From positions 1 through 25,106 of the forward strand of contig JBKJLC010000241.1 in NCBI GenBank assembly GCA_046597055.1: a stretch of 25,106 nucleotides of DNA, read 5' to 3'. Shown one piece after another: positions 17,079 through 25,106 of this stretch; position 1 is the first letter of the stretch, and each line of letters begins with the position of its first letter. This DNA is from Kofleriaceae bacterium (GTDB lineage Bacteria > Myxococcota_A > Polyangia > Haliangiales > Haliangiaceae). The notes below the pieces were generated by a model that did no database searches, had not been told where the DNA came from, and saw nothing but the letters and a program-made list of their open reading frames with translations. The translations under genes and the position numbers were made by a program.

Positions 17079-20000
17079 CAGGACGCGCCCGCCAGCGCGC
17101 GCCCGAGCCGGGCCGCCACCGCCACCGCCTCGTCGAGGGTGGGCACCACGCCGAGCCGGCCGCCCGGGAAGCGGCGCAGGACCACGCCGTGGTCGCGGCA
17201 GTGCGTCCACAGCCGATCGGCGTCGGTACCGGCATCGATCACGCGGTAGAGGCCGAGGCCGGCCGCGGTCACGCCGCGCAGCGCCTCGTCGAGCGCCGCC
17301 GAGCCGGCCGCGACGTCGATGTGCCGGGCCGCGCGCAGCTGGTGGTGGTTACGGACCAGCGACAGCTCGTCGCCGTCCCAGGTCGAGACCAGCGCCAAGG
17401 GCGTCGCGATGAACCAGCGGCTGGCCACGTGCAGGTAGCCGGTCTGGCCGCCGCCCCACCACGCGATGATGTCGGGACGCAGGCCGGGGGTCGACGCGAA
17501 CGGGCCCAGGCCCGACCGGTAGCTCGAGGTCGTGTTCTCGACCGCGACCAGCGGCAGGTCGAGCTCGCGGCGCACGAGGTCGAGGCCGTCAAGGAAGTCC
17601 TTCGGCAGCACGTGGCCGGTCCGCTCCTGGACCAGCTCGTAGAAGAAGCCGTAGACCGCCGCCGGGCCGCCGGCCGCGGTGACGAGCTCGCGCAGCGCCG
17701 CGAGGCTGGCCGCGGTGCCGACCACCGCCGGGTGCGGGATGCGCGGCCACGCGAAGTGGCCGGGCCCGGCGCGGTGGACCTCGGGGTCGGACAGCGACCG
17801 GCACGATGCCGCGGTGTGGCCGTAGTAGCCGCCGCCCAGGCCGATCGCGACCTTGGCCTGCTTGCGGGTGCTGCGCAGCAGGCGCAGCGCCTTGTCGACG
17901 GTCTCGTCGCGCGACGACGTCAGGTAGATGTGCGGCAGATCGGGCGCCAGCGCGCCGACCCACTCCATCGCCCGCACCATGCCGGGCGTGACGTAGTTCA
18001 TGATCGTGATCTTGTTGACCGCCGGGCCGTACAGCAGCCCGGACGCCTCGGCTGCCCGCAGGCTGTCGGGCGCGGTGCCGAACACCCGGGCCAGGCCGCT
18101 CGCGGCGTCGAGCGCGTCGGGGCCGCTCGAGACCGCGCCCCACGCCTTCTTCTTCTCGGCGATGACCTCGCGCTGCAGCGCGGGATCGGGGCCGATGCCG
18201 GCCAGCGGGATCCGGTAGTAGATCGCCTGGCCCTCGGGATCCTCGTACTGGCCGGTGAGGATCGACACCACGTGGGCGCCGAACACCCGGTTGAGGTGGG
18301 TCATCTGGGCGGTGCGCCCGACCCGGTTGCGGCCGGTGACGTGCAGGTAGCGCGGCTCGCCGTCGGCGGTGCGCCGCGAGCGCGCGTCGCGGAGCTGGAG
18401 CTCCTTGAGCCGGCGACCGATGCCGGTGCCCTGCAGCCCCGGCGCGACCGTGACCGACACCGAGTACATCGTGTTGTGCTTGCCCTGCAGCGGGTCGTCG
18501 TCGCAGCCCTCGACGTCACGGGCCAGCTCGAGCGGCGCGCCGATCGCGAAGCCGACCAGCTGGGCGGCCCCGCCCTCGCCGACCCGCTCGGCGACCACCA
18601 CGCAGCCCTCGGGGTGCTCGAGCGCGGTCCGGATCTCGGCCGGCGGCGTGCGCCGGGCCGGCTCGTACACCTGGTACTCGATGTCGAGGATCGCGGGCAG
18701 CAGCGTCATCGCCTCGGTGGCCGGCACCAGCCGGAACGTGACGTCGGCCGGCAGGGTCGGCGCCTTGCTCGGCGGCGGCTCCAGGATGTCCTCCCACGCC
18801 GGCGGCTTCTGGCCCGGGTGGGCGTCGAGCCACGACAGCGAGCGGCGGACCGCGTCGAACAGCATGTCGATCTCGCGAGCCAGGAACGACTCCGACAGGC
18901 GCCAGCGCGCGGTGCGGGTGCCGGCCGCGAACACGATCGCGCCCCGCCAGAACCGCTGGCCGATGAAGGCGTCGAGGTGGGCCGCGGTCGGCAGATCGAA
19001 CGCGAACGCGTAGCCGCACGCGCGCGGGCTCGACACCAGGTGCGGGAACGCGCGGGCGACCGCCTCCAGGCGCGGCTCGACCAGCTTCTCGATGCGGGTC
19101 GCCGCGTGGCTGGTCGACATCATCTCGGCGTGCATCCGGCCGCGCACCAGCGACGCGTTGTGCGCGGTCGCCGGCTCGGGATCCTCGAAGCGCGACATCA
19201 CCACGCCGACCTGGGCCCGCTTGGCGAAGCACACCGCGTCGGGGTAGTCGGGCTGGCCGCGGTGAGTCAGCAACCGGAACCGGGTGTGCCAGGCGAACGG
19301 CCCGCCCAGGCCGAACCCGACCTGGACCTCGTCGAAGATCAGCAGCGTGTCGTGGCGGCGGGTCAGCAGGCGCAGGCCGCGGAAGAACCGCTCGGTCGCG
19401 TACCGATCGCCGCCCTCGGACTGCATCGGCTCGACCGTCACGCAGAAGTAGGCGCCGGTGGCGAGCGCCTCGTGGACCCGGGCCAGGCTGTGGACCTCGG
19501 CGGCCAGCAGCGGATCTTCCTTGGCGTCGCCGAAGCGCTCGACCAGCTCGGCGATCTCGCCGGCGGCGCACGCGGCGTAGAAGCCCGACGGCGCGGTCGG
19601 CTCGACGCCCGGGGTGTTCCACACCGGAAACGGCGCGAAGGTCGCCTCGTAGCCGGGCAGCTCGAACGGGGCCCGCTTCGACGGGCTGTGGGTGGCGTGC
19701 AGCGCCAGGAGCGTGCGGCCGTGGAAGCTGCCCTCGAAGGCGAGGACCCGGGTCGCGTCCTTGCGCGACGCGTTGATCCGGCACAGCGCCAGCGCCTTCT
19801 CGTTGGCCTCGGCGCCCGAGGACACGAAGGTCACGTGCGGCAGGCCCGGCACCAGGTGGCGCAGGGTCGCGGCGTACTCGGCGGCGGCCCAGGTCTCGCC
19901 GACCGCGGTGTCGTCGTTGCAGGTCAGGGTGTCGCCGAACGCGCCCTCGATCAGGCCGCGCACCACCGGATCCTCGGCGAAGCCGCCGCATACGGTCGCG

Positions 20001-21745
20001 GTCTGGCTCATGCCGTCGAGCACGCTCAGCGGCTCGGCGTCGACCGACACGAACCAGGGCCCGGCCGAGCGCAGGTGATCGAACACCGCCGGCTTCTTCT
20101 CGCGGACCACGCGGTCGCCGGCGTAGAGCCGGATCAGCCACGAGTCGGACGCGGGCAGCTGTCCGCCTTTCGGACGGCGCAGGCTCATCGGGCGTGGGTC
20201 GTCGACCAGGGTCCGGGCCGCCTCGGTCGCGTCCTCGGCGGCGTGCTGCCGCTCGAGCCGGTCGAGATCCGGCGCCGGCAGGTGATCGGCCAGCATCGGG
20301 TGGGTCGCGATCGTGCCGATCACGTTGTCCTGCACCGCGACCGGCATCACCACGTTGCGGTGGGCCATCGAGCCGGCCGGGCGGTAGTTGCCGCTCTTGC
20401 CGGCGCCGCCGAACGGCAGCCGCGGGCTGGCCAGGTTGGTCGAGCGGTTGCGGTTGAGGATGCCCGAGGTGGTCTCGCGATAGATGCGCTCGAAGCGCTC
20501 GCTCGAGCCGGTGAAGACCGCGTTGGCGAAGCCGAACGGGCTGGCGTTGATGACCGCGATCGCCTCCTCGTCGGAGTCGATGATCTCGAGGCCGAGATCG
20601 GGGCCGAACAGCTCGACGTCGGTGTAGCCGGGGGCGTGGTGGCGCCCGTCGGGGAGGCGGTGCAGCGACGCGGTCCGGTAGAAGCCACCGGGGGCGCGCT
20701 CGCCCGCGACCACCGGCTCGGCGCCGGCGGCGCGACCGGCGGCCAGCCCGGCCTCGAACCGATCACGGCCGGCCGCGGTCGCCAGCGGGCCCGCGAAGCT
20801 GGCCGGGTCGTCGGGGTGGCCGAAGCGGAGGCTCGGCACCGCCAGGCGCAGCGCGTCGAGCACCGGGCCGGCGATCTTGCGATGGACCAGGACCCGGTCG
20901 GTCGCGGTGCAGCGCTGGCCGGCCGACAGGTAGCCGCCGACCAGGATCTCGTGGACCGCCTGGCGGACGCTGGCGTCGTCGAGGACGACCACGGTGTTCT
21001 TGCCGCCCATCTCGAGCGAGACCAGCAGCTCGGGGCGATCGAGCGCGGCCTCCTGGATGCGGCGGCCGACCGTGTAGCTGCCGGTGAAGCACAGGCCGCG
21101 CACCGCGGGATGCGCGACCAGCGCGGCGCCGATCGCGCCGGTGCCCTGGATCAGGTTGAACAGGCCGGGCGGCAGGCCGGCGGCGAGCGCGGTCTCGGCG
21201 TAGCGCTGGCCGGTCAGCGGCGTGATGTCCGACGGCTTGACCACGACCGCGTTGCCGGTGAGCAGCGCCACCACGACGTGGGCGTGGCAGAGGTGGATCG
21301 GATAGTTGTATGGGCCGATGACCGCGACCACGCCGAGCGGGTGGTAGCGAAGCTGCTCGTGGGGGCTGCCGGCGATCGGGCCCTCGCGCAGGTCGCTGCT
21401 CGCGAGCTGGCGCGCGACGTCGAACCGGGCCAGCACGGTCTGGATCTCCTGCTGCGCCTCGCTGCGGAGCTTGCCGGTCTCGAGCACGATCGCGTCGGCG
21501 AGCTCACCGGCGCGCGCGGCGATCGCGTCCTTCCAGCGGCCGAGCCCGGCGGCCCGCTCGCCGAGGCTGAGTCGACTCCACGCGGGCTGGGCGGCGGTGG
21601 CCGCCTCGGCGGCGGCGGCGACCGCGTCGACCGAGGTGCCGGTCTCGAAGACGACCGCGCCGTCGGCCGCCGGGTTGCGCGACACCAGCGCCTCTCCGGC
21701 CGGGGGGATGAAGGCGCCACCGATCAGGTTCCCTAGAGCACGCAC
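17078..21745 (-). CDS. Four-domain fusion: AstD-like aldehyde dehydrogenase + lysine-6-aminotransferase-like class III domain + GNAT + degenerate aminotransferase domain
   Basis: ALDH (about 21745-20330): [34 protein letters not shown]. Aminotransferase 1 (about 20150-18830): [40 protein letters not shown] (about 18745-18205): [18 protein letters not shown]. Aminotransferase 2 (about 18050-17080): YYGHT, ELVQ, PDII, STWDG. One uninterrupted high-GC3 frame. Confidence 0.92.
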   Translation of the reverse strand: MRALGNLIGGAFIPPAGEALVSRNPAADGAVVFETGTSVDAVAAAAEAATAAQPAWSRLSLGERAAGLGRWKDAIAARAGELADAIVLETGKLRSEAQQEIQTVLARFDVARQLASSDLREGPIAGSPHEQLRYHPLGVVAVIGPYNYPIHLCHAHVVVALLTGNAVVVKPSDITPLTGQRYAETALAAGLPPGLFNLIQGTGAIGAALVAHPAVRGLCFTGSYTVGRRIQEAALDRPELLVSLEMGGKNTVVVLDDASVRQAVHEILVGGYLSAGQRCTATDRVLVHRKIAGPVLDALRLAVPSLRFGHPDDPASFAGPLATAAGRDRFEAGLAAGRAAGAEPVVAGERAPGGFYRTASLHRLPDGRHHAPGYTDVELFGPDLGLEIIDSDEEAIAVINASPFGFANAVFTGSSERFERIYRETTSGILNRNRSTNLASPRLPFGGAGKSGNYRPAGSMAHRNVVMPVAVQDNVIGTIATHPMLADHLPAPDLDRLERQHAAEDATEAARTLVDDPRPMSLRRPKGGQLPASDSWLIRLYAGDRVVREKKPAVFDHLRSAGPWFVSVDAEPLSVLDGMSQTATVCGGFAEDPVVRGLIEGAFGDTLTCNDDTAVGETWAAAEYAATLRHLVPGLPHVTFVSSGAEANEKALALCRINASRKDATRVLAFEGSFHGRTLLALHATHSPSKRAPFELPGYEATFAPFPVWNTPGVEPTAPSGFYAACAAGEIAELVERFGDAKEDPLLAAEVHSLARVHEALATGAYFCVTVEPMQSEGGDRYATERFFRGLRLLTRRHDTLLIFDEVQVGFGLGGPFAWHTRFRLLTHRGQPDYPDAVCFAKRAQVGVVMSRFEDPEPATAHNASLVRGRMHAEMMSTSHAATRIEKLVEPRLEAVARAFPHLVSSPRACGYAFAFDLPTAAHLDAFIGQRFWRGAIVFAAGTRTARWRLSESFLAREIDMLFDAVRRSLSWLDAHPGQKPPAWEDILEPPPSKAPTLPADVTFRLVPATEAMTLLPAILDIEYQVYEPARRTPPAEIRTALEHPEGCVVVAERVGEGGAAQLVGFAIGAPLELARDVEGCDDDPLQGKHNTMYSVSVTVAPGLQGTGIGRRLKELQLRDARSRRTADGEPRYLHVTGRNRVGRTAQMTHLNRVFGAHVVSILTGQYEDPEGQAIYYRIPLAGIGPDPALQREVIAEKKKAWGAVSSGPDALDAASGLARVFGTAPDSLRAAEASGLLYGPAVNKITIMNYVTPGMVRAMEWVGALAPDLPHIYLTSSRDETVDKALRLLRSTRKQAKVAIGLGGGYYGHTAASCRSLSDPEVHRAGPGHFAWPRIPHPAVVGTAASLAALRELVTAAGGPAAVYGFFYELVQERTGHVLPKDFLDGLDLVRRELDLPLVAVENTTSSYRSGLGPFASTPGLRPDIIAWWGGGQTGYLHVASRWFIATPLALVSTWDGDELSLVRNHHQLRAARHIDVAAGSAALDEALRGVTAAGLGLYRVIDAGTDADRLWTHCRDHGVVLRRFPGGRLGVVPTLDEAVAVAARLGRALAGAS

Positions 21746-21751
21746 CCGGCT

Positions 21752-21780
21752 TGGGTACCCCGCGGCGGGGAGGGGGTCAA
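21752..21780 (-). promoter_or_regulatory. Putative sigma-70 promoter giving a leaderless transcript of the operon
   Basis: TTGACC-N17-TACCCA, then 6 nt to the GTG start; no Shine-Dalgarno sequence. Confidence 0.4.
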
Positions 21781-22018
21781 GATGAGCGCCATCACGGGCG
21801 TTTCACGGGTGTAACTACTGGAAACGAGGTGGTGGTTGCTCTTTCAATCGGGGGTCGGTCCGGGTAGGTCCTCGGGCGCTCACCGCTCGCAAGCCGCCCG
21901 TCCCGAGCGCCGGTCACGACCGGCCAGCGCCGCCGCCGCGGTCGCGATGGTGACTTTGGTTTGCAACGACCCCTGGCGACGGCGAGCGTCGCCTCTGATA
22001 TAGAGGGCTTGCACGCGC

Positions 22019-23833
<1,815 letters not shown>

Positions 23834-24173
23834 CCAGCCCGTCTCATGATCCTACACATCGTCAGGTCGCGCTGAGCGCACGGCCGGACGGCGCGCGGAC
23901 TCGCGAGTCCGGCTTGCCTTCCGAGGGCCCGAAAGACCGAAGGCGGAGTCGCCGACCACCGAGGCGGCGACGCGCAGCTCGGCTCGTTGCCGTATCGCCG
24001 CGGACGAGCCCGGACGTGCGACGCGGGCGCCCACCGCGTCTCCTCGGTGGTCGGCGCTCCGCGCTCGGTCGCTCGGCGCTCGGGAGACGCGACGCGCGGC
24101 CGAGCGCCGCGGCCGACGTGGCGGGTGCGCTGGCCGTCGCGGTGCGGACCGCGGGCGCCGCGGCCGCGCGCGG

Positions 24174-24872
24174 TCAGGGCGCCGGGGTGCAGGTGACCGC
24201 GCTCGGCGGCAGGCTCGTGCTGTAGCTGGCGGCGGTGGTGCCGGTGGTACCGGCCAGCCGGTGGATCGCGCCGCTGGTGAGCGCGCCGGCGCAGTCACCG
24301 GTCCACTTACCGACCTCGACCGCCTGGGCCTTCCGGGACGAGTGCGGATTCACGCCCCAGCACACGAAGTCCATGATGTGGGCGGACGTCCCGTACGAGC
24401 TGCTCGCGTACAGCATCACCTCGCCGCCCGCGTCGACGTCGGCGAAGCCGACCGGCCAGCCAAGCGTCGCGTAGGCGCCAGCCGGGACGGTCCCGGCCCC
24501 GGTCAGCGTCGCCACGCGGGCGTATCCGGGCCGCGAGCACAGCTCGAACACGGTCGCGGCGAGGTTCATCGGTGCGGTGGTGTTGTTGAAGACCTCGATG
24601 TACTCGCCCGGGTTGATCTCGGAGATGATCAGTGTGGGCGGCGCGCCGGCCGACAGGTCCGGAGCCGGGTTGAGCCCCGCCGGGCACGCCATCGCGGCGT
24701 CGATCGAGAGCGGCGCGTCGATCGCGGCGCCGTCCGTGGCGGCGGCATCGGCCGTCGCGGCGTCGCCCGGACGGGCGTCAGTCGCGCCGGGCGCCTCGTC
24801 GTCGCTGCCACAGGCGGCCAGCGCGAGCGCGCCGGCCAGGGAGATCAGTGAGGTCGTGAGCGGGTGCGCCAT
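24174..24872 (-). CDS. Lipoprotein with a lamin-tail-like (Ig-fold) domain
   Basis: Lipobox LAA-C, Asp/Ala-rich DA-repeat linker, IISEINPGEYIEVFN and DFVCWG. Confidence 0.75.
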   Translation of the reverse strand: MAHPLTTSLISLAGALALAACGSDDEAPGATDARPGDAATADAAATDGAAIDAPLSIDAAMACPAGLNPAPDLSAGAPPTLIISEINPGEYIEVFNNTTAPMNLAATVFELCSRPGYARVATLTGAGTVPAGAYATLGWPVGFADVDAGGEVMLYASSSYGTSAHIMDFVCWGVNPHSSRKAQAVEVGKWTGDCAGALTSGAIHRLAGTTGTTAASYSTSLPPSAVTCTPAP

Positions 24873-24923
24873 GCGGTCGGGACCATACTCCCGGGAAGCG
24901 GGATCACCGTGGGCCCTGCCCGC

Positions 24924-24952
24924 TTGAATTCGGGCAGGCGCTGTGCCATAAG
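24924..24952 (+). promoter_or_regulatory. Putative sigma-70 promoter for rpmG
   Basis: TTGAAT-N17-CATAAG; the -35 hexamer sits in the loop of the inverted repeat CCTGCCCG/CGGGCAGG. Confidence 0.4.
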
Positions 24953-25030
24953 ACGGGGCCCTGCGGTCGGCGGGTCATCCAGCCTGCGACCAAACACCTC
25001 GATATCAAAGAAGATTGCGGAGAAACTGAC

Positions 25031-25106
25031 ATGGCGAAGAAAGGCAAAGGCGGCCGCGAGCTCATCCGACTCGTGTCGACCGCGGATACCGGCTACTTCT
25101 ACACCA
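25031..25106 (+). CDS. rpmG: 50S ribosomal protein L33, 5' part (truncated by the window end)
   Basis: GGAGA RBS; MAKKGKGGRELIRLVSTADTGYFYT matches the Cys-free L33 N-terminus; not in the ORF track. Confidence 0.93.
   Translation, partial: MAKKGKGGRELIRLVSTADTGYFYT

Noticed and set aside
17189..21736. 1515-aa + strand ORF, and similar long antisense ORFs (1135-2979, 6213-7700, 7714-8694, 10397-11761, 14552-16024, 16017-17249)
   Set aside because: Antisense shadows of real high-GC genes; no recognisable motifs and Arg/Gly/Ala-biased composition.
17078..21745. Naming the fusion astD, lat or putA
   Set aside because: Only single domains resemble AstD and LAT; there is no proline dehydrogenase domain and no astA/B/E in the window.
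23834..24173. Gene or ncRNA between the phosphatase and the lipoprotein, including a 16-bp palindrome CGGACTCGCGAGTCCG (23896-23911)
   Set aside because: No ORF with convincing start or codon bias and no recognisable RNA family; hairpins between convergent genes are expected.

Overview
High-GC bacterial chromosomal DNA, most likely from a myxobacterium (inferred from a MYXO-CTERM-type sorting signal and myxobacterial gene types). (1) 1-5760 is one end of an integrated phage-satellite/prophage-like element. It is bounded by the 3' half of a tRNA-Val(CAC) gene (att site) and carries a wHTH gene, an excisionase-like gene, a Prim-Pol primase, a DnaB-type helicase, a GGGAGAGT iteron array and small tightly coupled ORFs, all on the minus strand. 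(2) 5.9-12.3 kb holds host genes: a paralogous helical-repeat pair, a pectinacetylesterase-family lipoprotein, a NUDIX hydrolase, an LPMO-like MYXO-CTERM protein, a sigma-70 factor with an unusual region 2.4, and a probable gene relic. (3) 12.3-21.7 kb is a six-gene minus-strand metabolic operon. It is headed by a 1555-aa fusion (AstD-like aldehyde dehydrogenase + lysine-aminotransferase-like domain + GNAT + degenerate aminotransferase), followed by a C45 Ntn-hydrolase, a class III aminotransferase, a two-subunit CoA-transferase and an SDR. This is the best candidate for an undescribed system. (4) 22-25.1 kb holds an FHA-GAF-PP2C phosphatase, a lamin-tail-like lipoprotein and the start of rpmG. 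All calls come from reading motifs by eye; no searches were run.
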